Source: Cercozoa sp. M6MM
Taxonomy: Eukaryota > Protista > Endomyxa: Ascetosporea
Length of the DNA stretch: 64,000 nt
Assembly (NCBI GenBank): GCA_040357565.1
Contig: JBDODJ010000017.1
Strand: one strand, 5' to 3'
Under the pieces are notes generated by a model, which saw nothing but the letters and a program-made list of their open reading frames with translations, was not told the origin of the DNA and searched no databases. Shown here piece after piece: positions 1 to 13,174 of this stretch. The translations under genes were made by a program, and so were the position numbers. The number at the start of each line of letters is the position of its first letter. Position 1 is the stretch's first letter.

Positions 1-715
1 CTGACCGTGCACTCGACATGGAGCGTCTGCTCGATGTCTATGCTGAGCAGTCGCACCTCTTCCAGCACCGTGCCGCCATTCGGTATCTGCCCTTACCTCT
101 TACCCCCTCTCCTTGTACCCTATCTAGCTTACGTCTATCTTACCCCCCCCCCAGACTGCAAGGCACGGTGAGGACGCCAGTGGCCACCGAGATCAAGGAG
201 GCTTGGCTCATCAGCAAGAGCGACAGTGCGTCGGACGATGATGAGGAGGAACACGTGGCCGTGTCTGACTTGACACACCTGCTGCCACAGGCTGGTGTGC
301 TGTCCGACTTGTTCTCCATCGCGACGCACTGGAAGGACTGGAAGGGCAAGGACGGTCTGCTGGCCGCCTTGCATCACGTAGCGTGGCACTTATGCCCCCC
401 CATTACCCTGCCCTTACTCTCCCCTTTACCCCCCCCCCGCAGGATCTGCACTCGCGTGCCGTGGGCGCGCATATGCGCTTCGGCGGCAACGAGGGCGTCT
501 ACTTGTCGCGCAAGGAGAGGCAGCTCGCCAAGCGGCACGGCGTCGACGAGAGCGAAGTGCAGCGCATCAAGGAGCGCCGTACGCGCGCCATGCAGGCTGT
601 CGGCGACCGCGCCTACGAGTTCGACTTGGCCAAGTTCGTCGACGGCAAGCCCGAAGACGACGACGATGACTCGGACGACAAGTCCGACGACGATTCCGAC
701 AAGAAGCCGCAGTAA
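1..715 (+). CDS. 3' part of a hypothetical protein (5' truncated by window), acidic C-terminus
   Basis: Exons joined across two C-rich GT-AG introns (about 83-154 and 378-442) read ...RAAIRLQGTVRTP...LAALHHDLHSRAVG...DDDSDKKPQ*, ending TAA 713-715. No family recognised. Confidence 0.6.
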
Positions 716-926
716 GTCGAGTCACCGTGGCGGCACATTAGCTATAGGGCAGCACTTTGCCGTATTAGCGGCTTGGGTTGGCTGATTTATCGTTTGTTTT
801 ATATAAATTATCTCTGTTTCAATTCATTGCAACCAAGTACCCCATCGTGCGGTGTCAGTTCGTCCAAAACTTGCGTTGAAAACGAAAATTAAATTAATCA
901 TGACCCTCGCTGAGTTCTAATCCTAG

Positions 927-3900
927 CTACTCGGTGCGCTGCTGCTTCTGCGGCGGCTCCTCATTCGCCTCGGGATGCGATCGGCGCTGTTTGGCGGCCT
1001 GTTTTTAAGCACATAGACTTATTTGTGTTCTGGCTGAGTCTCCAGTCAACGCCCTTACCTTCTTCTTGCGCTGGTGGTTGCGTGCGTCCTGCGCTTGCTG
1101 CGTGTGCGACTTGCCGCGTGCCTTGGGGCCCCAGTTCTCCTGCGGGTTCGGCAGGAAAAGCGGCACCTGCAGGTCCGGGAGGTCCACCTTGGACCAGTCG
1201 AGCTCACTGCATCATATACACTACAAAAAATAATATGTGTATACTTGACTGGAGATACCGCAGCGGCGGCTTCTCGAGGAGCTTTCGTCGGAACTCGACC
1301 AAGTGCGACTTCTTCTTGTTCTTCTTGCTCTCCTTCTTCTTCTTCTCGGCAGTTTCCGGCGACTCTTGCTTCTGCCGCAAACCCGAAGTAGTACCCTAAA
1401 GAAACAACATTCCACGGAGAGTGTACCAGATGCTGCTTGCTCCACTGTCGGTAGATGTCGAAAATGTCGGCCGTCGTTGCGTCGGTCTTGAAGGCATCCA
1501 CGTCGGCGTGCGACCTCTAAGTGCATAAGTCTATGTTGGACAGACGAGGCAGGTGAAGAAGAAGGCCACTGCAGGCGATTACCGAGTACTGGAAGCCCGC
1601 GTTGATGAGTGCCGACGCCAGCTTGGCGTGCGGCAGCGACGGGCAGCCAAAGGCACGTGCCATGCCGCTCGTCGTGTAGTACAGCACCGAGTCCACCTCT
1701 GTCCATACGTACCGTCCACATGTACCGTCCATATGTCCCATATACTGGGGGAAGACTACCTTGGTGAGCCAGAGTGAGCAGTGCCTTGACACGCACCTTG
1801 GCGCCAAGCTGACCCTCCTCAAAGACTTCCTTGTTATCCAGCATCTATACAGAAGGAGGTAAAGAGTCCAAATGGCACCAAGTAGGGTGCGGGCTACCTC
1901 GAGTGCCTTGGTAAGGAAGTCCTTGTTATGCAGAGGGCCTGTCCAGATCGGTCCACCCAGCGTAAAGTTCTGGTCTGTCTCGGGACACTTAGCGAACTCC
2001 TGGGGCACAAAAGGACGGTCTGTTTGTACATCTCTGTGGGTGTGTACAAATGTACATGAGCGTAGCCAGGTCGGTAGAGTGTCGACGTGCCGCGTGTCTC
2101 GCTGCGCACGGCGTGCTCCAGGTAGAAAGCGGGTCCCTTCGCACGGGGACGGGTTAAGTTGAACAGGCAGAAAGTATGTGATAGATGTACCTGGCGGGCC
2201 TGCAGCACGCGGGCCGACTTGGTGCTCCACTGTGCAATCATATGATATTATCTATATATACATATATATATAATATATAGAGTGCTACCTGCTTGGTGAT
2301 CGAAGGCGACGTGCGAACGCGAATGAACACGCGCGAGTAGAAGTCCACCCTGTCCAGTCACCGAGTCACCAGTCACCGTGTCACTAGTCAAGTCACAAAG
2401 TCTAGTCTATACCTGAAGGAAGCCAGCGGCTCAATGTAGCGATCGTAGCGAGCGGCCGTCTGCGCCAGCAGGTGCAGCAATAGACGCAGCGCGAACTCCT
2501 GGCAGTAATCGCGACCCTTTAGCGGAACGCCTGCCCAAAAACAATGTATGCTCCCCCCTTTCATTTAAGTTAAGGCCACACGTACCGCCGTACAACGACA
2601 GCGCCGTCTCGGCATTGTTGCCGCAAAGTACCGACATATCCGTGCACGTCACCAGCAGCACGCCGCCCTCCGACACCGTGCGAATCGCCGCATCCACAAA
2701 CGGCGCCGCTGCACAAACACAACAAGCGCACATGTCTTATCGATCAAATTAAAAGCTATTAAAAAATGAAGAGAAAAAAACTGAAGAAATATTGGGAAAA
2801 AAACTGAAGGATATGACGAGAAAACTGAAGCAAACACAGCTTGAAGAACAAACCCGAGCCAAACGGATCCAAGTCGATCACGTCGAACTTTTTGGCGTCT
2901 CGTGCCATCGTTTGGTACATGGCCTACACACACAAGTACCCGAGAATGACCTTGCATATCTTGGCATGTGTAGTGTATATTTGCGAAATCACCAAGTTGG
3001 CATCAGCGAGGCTCGGAACGACCAGTTCCGTTGGCAGCGAGTTCATCTCGACGTTCTTCTTGATCGACTGCAGATAGGCAAAAATAATCTGGCACAGTAC
3101 AATAACACAGCAGAACTGAAACACACCTCGACAGCAGCAGGATCCATGTCGTTCACAGTCCTACAGATGTCAATATCAACAGTCAAAAGACAAAGTTGGT
3201 AAGTCGAGTAGTACAGATGCTGCAGACCGCGAATTTCCTTCCAGTAACGCATCGATCGCACGCCCGAAGCCGACAGAGCTAAAGCAAAGTTTCTCGCTCT
3301 GCAACGAAACAAAAATAAAAGAAGAAAGCAAAAAACTGACCTTCCAGAACACGCAAGCCTGGGAACTCGGAAGCAGCGGCGCGTTCTTCAGCAGCAGCCG
3401 CAAGTTTCTGTCTCAACCAAGTCACGTGGCCCTTTTTTACAAAGCACAAAACCTGTGCAAAGTCCAGCACACCTCGACATCGCCAAACGTATGCTTTGCG
3501 AGCTTTCGAGCAGCACGACGTCGCTCGGCCGGCGTCATTTCCTTCTGCACAGTGTGTGTGTGTGTGTGTGCAGATGCAAAAACTGCAAAACTGACAAGTC
3601 AGAGAGCTACCTCTTGCTGCCATTCCTGGCGACGCATCTCGCTGTACGTGTTCAGCAGCGTGATGCTCAGGTCGCGATTCACGATCTGCACCGGGTTGTA
3701 GAACACCTCGTCACCATGACCGATGAGCGCTGTGGCCTTGCCTTCCGTCACATGCACGTCGCCGTTCTCTTGCTTTTCGGGTTGCGGCACCTGTCATAAA
3801 TATATATATAATCCTGAGTATGTGTATATACTGCTCAACTTTTGCAGCCAACGCTACCCGAATGTGATTTTTCGTCATATTTTCGCTGAAGGGAAGAACG

Positions 3901-4100
3901 AGCGGGCGCAGTTGTTGACGAAGACTGAAAGTTCGCTGGCGCAGAAGCGAAAGAAAGTGCTGCTTGTGCAGCCTCGGAAGCAAGCGGAGCACCGTGAAAG
4001 CCACAACTCGCGCAAGCACTTAAATTCAGTGTTAGCACGCAAGTACGCAGGAAAACTCGCGCACACACGGCACAGTCTTCCGCACGCTGGAGCGCGACAT
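927..4100 (-). CDS. TRM1: tRNA (guanine26-N2)-dimethyltransferase, multi-exon
   Basis: Conserved motifs VFYNPVQIVNRDLS, SASGVRSMRY, FDVIDLDPFG, GGVLLVTCTDMSVLCG, VDFYSRVFIRV, GGPIWTGPLHNKDF and FLPNPQENWGPKARG. Second in-frame ATG at 3878; the upstream ATG at 4100 is inferred. Confidence 0.95.
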
Positions 4101-4284
4101 CAGCAGAAAATAAAGAAAATAATCGTCTGGTTCCAAGCTGCAAGTGTTGTGCTTTTCTTCCTGTGCAGTACTAGCACACAAGAACTTATTGTATCAGCAC
4201 ACTAGTGCGTCGGTAGTGAGCGTGAGGTCCAAAGAGCATTCTCTCCGCCATTTTTTGTCATTCGGCGGTCGATTTGTGCAGGAG

Positions 4285-7100
4285 ATGACCGGTTTGGACG
4301 ATGGGGATGATCAGTTGGCCGCGCTGACGCGGATGTTGGCAGGTGCATCTTGAGGCTTACTCTCGATAGCTGCAAGCATCGTAGTCTTACACTGTCTTTG
4401 ACCGTAGCCGTGACGGTGTCGGAAAAAACTGGCAACAGAACCAACACACTCTTGCAGCAGCTCAAACTGCCTGCTGGCGTCTTGTAACTCTTCAGCTTGC
4501 AAAAGACTGTGCAGTATTACACGTGTGTTGTGCTTGGAAAGGGAGATGCTAAACAGCGATCAACTGGACAAACAGTACACAGGCGTGCACGCCATCCGAC
4601 GGGCGGTTTCCTGCACCGAGCGGCCGCCCATTAAGCAGGTATTACTCTGTTGATACGATTGAGTTATCTCTCATGCAGAGCACGTACGCAGGTACTCGAC
4701 CTGGGAGTGACTCCTCGTATCGTGAATCTCGCGATCCCACGCAGCGTTTCGCCTGGATGTACCCTACTGACTAGTGTTTGTGCTGTTGTTCTTATGAGTG
4801 CGAAACGATCTGTGTTCACAGCGACGCAGTTGCGACACTACTCGGAGCCCGAACTGAAAATAGCCACCGAGGCAGTGTATGTTTTTGACTGTTCTTTCCC
4901 CTGTATTGTTGCTTGAGTCTGCGTTTGTGTGCAGATGGATCTTGACCAACCTGGTGGCAGGCACGACTGAAGAAGTGCTGGCGGTATGCTTGTCCATAAG
5001 TGTGACTGCGTTGTTCAGTTGTTGCATGACTGGTGCAGGTGCTCAATTCGACCGATGTGTTGGTTTCACTGCGAGTGATCCTGCTGTCGCCCTATGCGCG
5101 TGTGAACATCGAATTGATCACCACTGCTGTAGCCTGCCTTTTTCCAATGTTGTTCTACCTTTCTATACGGATAATACCAGCGTTGGTATTTGCAGGTTTG
5201 GTGCGTGGGCAACCTTTTTGGCGACTCGGCCGAGGTTGCGCTCATGCTGCATCGGTACCTGAGTTCTTGTGCCTTCGTTTCGCTGCGTTGTAATCTCTCC
5301 ATTTGAAAGCAGCGCCGACATGATGCGTGTCTTGTTGAATGTCGCCAAAAACCCCGTTACTGATACGACTCGGTACACTAACATGTGATGTTTCTTATCC
5401 TGCGAGACTCTTCTATGCGTGTGCAGTGACTTCTGGCTGCACCTCACTTGGGCCATGGCCAACGCGTGCCGCTTCACCAAGATTGACTCGAACAGTTACA
5501 AGGTACTTAAAAAGTTCACTTTCTGCAAGCTGCGAATCCTTAATTTGCAAATCTGATGCGATTTGAAAGCTGCAATCTGAAGTTTTAACCACTTGGAGAT
5601 AACTCTTTTTCATTGCAGAAATGCTTTGGCGCTGTTGAGTTCTTCCTGGCCGTGATGCGGTCGCCGCCTGATCCCGAGATTCTCCAACATGCCGCAGTCG
5701 CAATCTCGTAATCATTCACTGTTTTCTGTATTTTCTTCACTGTTCGCGGGGATGTTCACTGACTTTGAATCTTGCCGTATGAATAGCTGTCTTGTGGACG
5801 GACCGGATGAGAGGATTCGCGAGTACTTGAAGTATGAAGGCGCAGTGGAAGTTGTGATCAACACGTTGTTGAATTCCGAGGACCGTGAAGTATCATCTTT
5901 CGCTTACTCTCACTTTGTTTGCTTTTGCCATTCTCAATTTTACTGCATTTTAAAAGGTGAGATATTCGTGTCGACGAACGATCGGCAACTTTATCACTGG
6001 TGCCTTTTCTTACTTTCATTCGTTGTGGTTGAGTACTTTTGCAAACACACTTGTTGGCAAGCAAAATCTGTCCAAATATACGTTAACTTGCAGGCGATCA
6101 CGAGATTTGCGAATACGTGCTGCAAAAGGGCGTTTTGGAGGCTTAGTACGCTCACTTTCATCTTGTACTTTTGTCCAAGTTTTGTGGGGCTGATCTCGCG
6201 TGTTGCATGTGCAGTGAGAAGTCGTTGATCGGCAAGCCCGACTGGGATGCGACGAAAAAACCGGTCAAGAAGGAGGCCTTCTTCCTGCTGTCCAACCTGA
6301 CGGCTGTAGCCTTGCTTTAGCCCACGTGTCCATGAATGAGTTTTAGGGTTTGCAATTCTCTAGGGCACGGTGCAACACGTGAAACGAGCAGTGGAGTCGC
6401 CGTTGTACCCGCTGATGCTTGATTCGGTTGCACAGGGCGTGGATGAGCACGCTTTGCGTATGTTGCTTCTGCTTGCTTTCACGCGTTGCTTTCATTTTCG
6501 ATGTGTCGCTGCGTGAACAGGCGAGGCAGCTTATGTCTTTGCGAATGCGGCGAGCACACTTCAGCCGCATCCTGAGGTACGCAGTTAGTATCAAAGCGAG
6601 TGGGGTCACTAGATGTTTCTGTTGCTTGCAGTTGCTGGTCCATCTGCTGTCGGAGCAAGCACGTTCCATCGAGTGTCTGTTGGAGTACCACTATCTATAG
6701 CTTCAGTTTGTTCTGTGTTGGGATTGCCTTTCATTTTTGGGGTATCTTGTGGTGTTGTAGCATTGTGAAACAGCTGCTTGCCTTCCGTCCAAACACGCTG
6801 GTGCGTCCGGTGACACTCGGCGTTCTCGTCGAATTCGTCAACACTATTTTCGATCTGTCTCGACAGCCCAAGCCTGTACTTCGACTCTCTTGGTTGTAGC
6901 TGTTCATGTCCCTGTCACTTGGTATGCCCTGGCTGTAGTTCCCCGTGAACGACTCGCTGCGACGTCGCATGCGTGTCCTGACGCAGGCCGTGCATGAGCT
7001 GCTCATTCTGCACGGACGGCAGTGGGACACCACCAAGGCCGATATGGCGCCCCACACCTACCACTGGGTCGACCACGGCTTTCCGCCGGCATTCCAGTGA
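4285..7100 (+). CDS. Divergent importin-alpha-like armadillo-repeat protein, multi-exon
   Basis: ARM helix-3 motifs EAVWILTNLVAGT, VWCVGNLFGDS and VKKEAFFLLSNLTAG, plus RPPIKQVLDLGVTPRIV near the N-terminus. Ends GFPPAFQ*. Confidence 0.75.
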
Positions 7101-7259
7101 TCCGTCACCAGGCTGTGCCTGCAGTGATCATATTTATGAGACGGAGTCGAGCTCGAAAGCTTCCTAGTAGCGACTGGTTTGAGCTCGCCGGTACTATTTA
7201 ATCATGATTTAGTGTATCGTCAGTAGCGATTGTGAGTAGCTGAAATTTACGCTTTAATG

Positions 7260-7916
7260 TCACTCGACAAGGCGACAGGAGCATAGCTATTTAGAGTATT
7301 GTAGTGTACAATGGCAACTAAATACTAAAAGCTGTGTCATCGCATGGACGCGTCGTGCAACCGGCGCAGTCGTTTCGCGAGCACGCGCATGTGTGAGCCG
7401 CACTGCTCCAGAGGCACGCGGCGTGCCGATCTGCCAAAGAACAATTGTATCTCACCCCCCCCCCCCAAACACAGTGTATGCAAGAGTACTTTGCGATGTC
7501 GTGCAGCTGCGACTGCGGAGTCTTGAGCGGTTTGTTGGCAAAGATCGTGAGGTTCCGCGAGAACTTGGCCACCGAGTCGACTGCTCTCATCAGAAATATT
7601 TAAGTCTTGATGAATAGAAAAGTCAAACTGAGGTACAGTGCGCGCGATCGGCAGGCGAGAAGCTGACAGTGGCGAGGCGTTTGCGCTGCCTCGGAGGTGT
7701 CGACTGCACCACTTGCTCGTTGAGTACGACTACGTCAGCGGCGACACTGCTCGGCGACGCCTCTTCCTCGCCAAAAATCACTGGCGTCTCCTCTTCCTCC
7801 AACTCATCCTCACTCTCACTGTCCTCGCCTAAACAATACTTGTACTCGACTCGTGAAACCACCCAAAACCACATCACACCAGCCACGGCTACGCCATGTT
7901 CGGGCTCCTCTGCCAT
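7260..7916 (-). CDS. Small acidic hypothetical protein
   Basis: ATG 7916; exons read EDSESEDELEEEETP...TPPRQRKR with GT-AG introns. 3' end uncertain. Confidence 0.45.
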
Positions 7917-8187
7917 GTTAAAACAGGTTTAGCACAGTGCTGCACCCGATTATATTGTCCTGCAGTAGTCTACAGTACAGTATTAAAGCACCTCATGATT
8001 TCACATCATGTTGTTTCTGTAGTTTTTAAAAACCACAGCTGCCTAGCAGCTGCCATAGTACTGTACCGCTGCAGCGCAGCACCTAAATCACGGGATCTCC
8101 TTAAATCACTGACTTCTGTTGTTGTGGGTTAACCGTCGCTACCGTACGGTTCGACTACTCGAACGGACTGCAAGGGGTGCAATCGAC

Positions 8188-9586
8188 TCACACCGTGGAC
8201 TGCTTGCGCTCGCGTCGCAGCTTCATCCACTCGACGTGCGTGCGCTCGATGACCTCGGTGGCAAAGGCGCGGTTCTTGACCTGTCCGTCGAGAGCGAAAG
8301 AGTTCTCGTGGCCCTGACTCACGATCTTGTAGTTGCGGAAGTAGCTCAGACAGGCGTCCAGAGCGCCCGGCAGATGCGTCTCGACGTCGTCGATGTCCTT
8401 CAGCTTGGCCGCCAGCGGATCGCCGATACGAATGACGATGAGTTTCCAGTCTGCTCAGGACATGTACAATACATAGACAGACAGCAAAGATAGACACAGC
8501 GGTACCGGTCTCCTCGTCGTCGATGAGGCAGAAGCAGCCGAGCACTTTGACCGGCACCACCGAACCGACCGGCAGTTGTCGCGAGCCAATCTCCAGCAGG
8601 TCGATCGGGTCGTTGTCGCCCGGTAACTGCACAACAAGCACACGCACACCATAGCCTAGTACCAGTGGGGAGAGGGTTGGGGTTGGGGTACGCCACTGGA
8701 CTCGTCAATGTGCTTCGGGTTCTCCCAGGTTTGTGGCATGGCGCCGTAGTTAAACTGCACACAAACAACCATACAAACAAACCACCAAAACGACCATACA
8801 AACAAACCACCAAACAAGTCTTGTTTATTCACACAAGTCTACCATGATATCGCCGTACTGGTAGTAGCGCAGCTTGCCGTTCTTGACATCCTGTCCAAGG
8901 TGTCATCACACCAGTCCAGTCTTCGTACCCCCTACCTTACTTAGACAGCAAAGTTGTTACCTGCTTGATCGGGTTCATCTCCTCTCCAGTCGAGATTTCG
9001 TACTTGGCACGTGTCCAGCGCGGAATCTCAATCACGGCGTTAAAGATGCGACTGTCCATCACACCACAGTTCATACGATCAGACCGGAGGACAATGACGG
9101 GAGGGTAAAAGGCTACCCGCTCTGACCGTGGTGCAGCGGAATATCATGCCACGGCGAGATCTCCGTCAGTGCGCCGTTGGGTCGCTTGTAGTGGAAGCGC
9201 ACACGGTACTGCAACAGGCAAGACACACCTGAAACAACAGTACTTATGCAAAGGCTAAAAGCAAGCCTACCTGACGACTGCCGGGACTGCCGACGTGCTT
9301 GACGACCACCTAGGACACGATATACATGTCCCCCTTTCGACCCGCACTAATTGTTGCTACCTTGGAGACGTCAAAGTCGGCGGCATCACTCAGCAGACGC
9401 GCACCTGTGATCTGCAAGACAGAAAGGAGATACACATAGCGTGTGACTTAACTCGACCCGACCCAACTCGACCGAACAATGCGATGCAAGATACGGCAAA
9501 CTTGGACGACCACTTGGAGTGACGCTTGCGCAGGTGCAGACGCGTCCACCAGGACAGGAATTTGTCGAATGTGCTACAGGAGATTG

Positions 9587-9680
<94 letters not shown>

Positions 9681-11025
9681 TATATATATAATCAAGGTAT
9701 CCACAGGAGGGGCAAAGGATACACTTCGTCCTCATCGTCGCCGACGAGTTCGCGTCGCACGTCCTCGCGTTCCTCCTGCGTCAGCGGTTCACCGAGCTTC
9801 TCGTGCACGGCAGCGATGCTGTCGACAGTGACGCAGCCGCTTTCGTTTGTGTCGAACAGCTCGAACACCTGGCGCATGGCCTCGATTTCCGAGGCAGTCA
9901 GACCGTCGGGACCTGCGACAACTTCACGAGGCACTCCAGGCACAAATCAAAGTACAGCGTACCCACGTCGCGCTGCAGCGTGTCGATCTGTGCAGCCTGA
10001 ACTCAAGTCAAGTCAAGTCAGAGTCAAGTCAGAAGCCAAGTCAGGAGTCAAGTCAGGAGTCAAGAAAGCTACCTCCTGCAGTTTGTTCAGTCGCTTGATT
10101 CGCGCGAGTTCGCGGCGCAGACGCGTCACTTCGGCCGCCTCGGTGCCACGCGTCACCACAACCGACGACGACGTCACTGTCACAGCAAGCGTATACTTCT
10201 GTCATAGCACATATGCCGACTCGTATGAAACAGGGGTACCACTATCCTCGGCCTCCATCGCGGGCGGCGGCGACGACGGGAAAAATGAGGGAGATGCCAT
10301 CACCTGCGTCGGCGACATCGGCTTCGAAGGTGTACTAAGCAGTAAAGTTCGTTTCACTGGTGGAAACATAGTTTCAGCCTGTCAAAAACTACAGGTGGCG
10401 GGACGCGCCCTCGATCGCATCAAAGACATCAAGAACTTCGCCGGTCTCAGAAGCTGAACAGTAGGTTGCATTCAACTGAGGCAAAAGCGTTGTAATGATA
10501 CCCTGGGCGCGCGCGCATGCGTAGACGCAGTGGAAGGGCAACACAACACCCTTCTGACGCAGCGCGACCTGCAAAAAGCATCAGCTGTACCTTTATCGAG
10601 ACAGTGACTTCAGACTTCCCAAAGCAAAGCAAAGCAAAGCAAAGCAAAGCACAGCAAAGGCAGCAAGGAAGTAAGGAAGCAAACTCAGCAAGGAGGCAAA
10701 CTCAGCAAGGAAGCAAGGAAGCAAGGAAGCAAGGAAGCAAAGGAAGCAAAGGAAGCAACGGCACTTGAAACTGCAGACCGCAGAAGGAAAAAAACAAGAA
10801 CGTACGACATTGCGCTGCAAGACGCCATTGATGGTGTTGCGCAGCTCCTCGCCGCTCAGGCCTGGGCTACAGAAAGCTTCGTTTCAAGGGTTCGGTCACC
10901 GAACAGAACGGGTTCGGTGGTCAGCCAATCAAAGAAGGGCTGACTTGGGTGCAAGAACTCTCTTACGCCAGGCCGATTTTCGTGGTCTGGCCGCCGGCCG
11001 TGCGTACCTCAATGATAACATACAT
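8188..11025 (-). CDS. EF-hand + family I soluble inorganic pyrophosphatase fusion (VSP1/acidocalcisomal type)
   Basis: EF-hand exon [25 protein letters not shown], followed by [48 protein letters not shown] and IDDEETDWK. Ends RERKQSTV*. Confidence 0.9.
9590..9678. repeat. (CA)n microsatellite, intronic
   Basis: Direct reading; lies in a pyrophosphatase intron. Confidence 0.95.
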
Positions 11026-11247
11026 TGCAGAAACACGTAGATTACATTCAAGACCTGTATCTCACGCTTGATTAGGAAACTGACGGAGCGCTCCTGTATT
11101 CTTTAAAGAGCACAGTACAGAATTGTCCTTTTGTACCGCAATGCAGCCTTCAAAGATCAACCACTGGCAAAACAATGACACAACATTACGCACGTACTGT
11201 ATAGTTTTGTGCTGCGCGACTAGCTCGAACAGCTAGGAGCTCCTAGC

Positions 11248-13174
11248 ATGGTTGTAGATTTAGTGGAGCCGGGTCCCACTAAGTGGGAGCGATGCAAGTC
11301 ATTCATGTACTTCTCAATATGTCCGAAACAGCCGCTCTTACAAAATGTTACATCGGCTATTTCAGATGGACGCATCACTTGCCGCTAGGACTTGTTTTTG
11401 CCGTCTTGTTCGGAGCTGTGTGTCCTTGGCCTGGTTGGTTTTCCATCCGTGTGTGATGAGAACCATGCTGTTGATATGTTTGTGCTTTCCTAGGCGAATG
11501 GGTGTCGGACAACACGCCTGCCGTGACGATATGCATCATTTTGATTTTCTTTCTTCAGGTAAATCATTTACTTGTCGCCATTTAGGTCTGTCTGCACTCT
11601 TGTTGCAACCTATTTAAAGGGTGCGAAATTGCGAACTTCGGAAATCAAAACCGCACTTCGTTCAAGGTCACATGGCGTGCTACCTGGAATGTTTTGTTTT
11701 TCTGATGCGTGTTTACAGGATAACCATCGTGTTGGGCATTGTAATGATCCTGTTCGTGACGCCTTGGATGGCCCCTGTCATGCTCGAAGTTCCGCTTGAT
11801 GACTCGCTGATGCTTGGACTGTATCTATACCTGCACATCCTTGAGTTTGTTGTACGTACTACGTGCATTCGTGTATCCAAAGCGCCATCTTTGCCAACAT
11901 GCCAACAACAATTTCAAGCGGTGCCGTTTTGACTGCACATGCACAGGGTGTTAATCTTTTAGAACTCATGTTTGTATGCAGAGACAGGTTCATCGTTTCT
12001 TTTTACGTTTTGCAGGCAATGTGGCACTTGCATTGGCATTTTCAGTGCTCACAAACCTGGCTTCGGTAGTCACTGTGCCGTTTGTGCTGGCCGTAAGCTT
12101 GTTTTAAAGGAGTTGTTGTTCAAACTCCTTCCAATCGGCCCTTGCACAATTGCTTCTTGCACACACAGGCGTCGGCGAATGCCTCGTCAGTAGACATTGA
12201 TGCTGGCGCTTTGACTGTCAAGCTTGTGCTTACCGTGCTGTACAGTCGCTTTAAACTGAGGCACATCATTTCCCTGTTGACCTTTCCGCTACAATACAGG
12301 GTTCCCGTTGTGTGCGGCAAACTGTTGACGTCCTTCGTGGAGCCGGCTGCGCAGTTCATGCAGACGTACGCCAAGCCGCTGAAACTGCTGTCGAATATCG
12401 CGCTGATTTCGATCCCGTGGCAGAAGGTTTGTACTTTGCTAATTGTCTCCCTCCCTAGGGTTTTTTAGCATGGATAACGCAGATTTCGACGTCAGCGGAT
12501 TCGTTCGGCGATGTGTCTGCCGGCGACTTTGTGGGCGCTCTGTTCCTTGGTGCTGCCATGCACGTGGTCTACCTCATTGTGAACTCTACTGCTGGTACTT
12601 GGTTTGTGTTGTATTTCTGTACTGCCTGTTGTTGTGAATCTTTCACATGTGGACAGCGCGACTTTTGATTCCGCTGTCATGCACGTCGTCGCGGGCGGAG
12701 AACTGGCAGTGGAACCCTGAGTCAAAGGCTTTCGTGATTCTGGCCTCTCAGAAGGTGTCCGCAAACATCATTGCTTGTGTGCCATGTTTACAAAGTGTGC
12801 ATTGGCGAAAACAGACACTATCGATTGCACTCGTGGTGGTTTCGCTACTGGAAGACGAGCAGGACAACAACAAGGACGACAGCAAGGACACGATCAACTT
12901 TGGCATTGCCTCGGTGTCGATGATCATGGCACACATGACGCAGATTGTGATCGACGCCGTTGTGGCTTCGTACCTTGCCAGGAGAGGCGAAGTGCTCAAC
13001 GAAGAGCTCGTGGAGGACGATGAGAATCCTCCCGAATTCGATTCGAGCAGCAATGAAGAGTCGCCGCTCACCCTGTCGTCTCCGACCGACACCGAGAACA
13101 ACAAGCCTGCAACTGCTGCCCAGGTGGAAATTGAGCTCGACGAGCGGGGCACTGGTACGACATCTGACCACTGA
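11248..13174 (+). CDS. Bile acid:sodium symporter family (BASS4/SLC10A7-like) membrane transporter
   Basis: HLPLGLVFAVLFGAVCPWPG, GAKLRTSEIK, AIFANMPTTISSGAVLTAHAQG-NVALALAFSVLTNL, QKTLSIALVVV and HMTQIVIDAVV; many TM segments; acidic tail. Confidence 0.85.

Noticed and set aside
9386-9831. ORFs with VCVC/HTHT runs (also about 19.8, 55.2, 59.4 and 60.6 kb) and KEGR/LPSF runs (about 15 kb)
   Set aside because: They are translations of intronic microsatellites.
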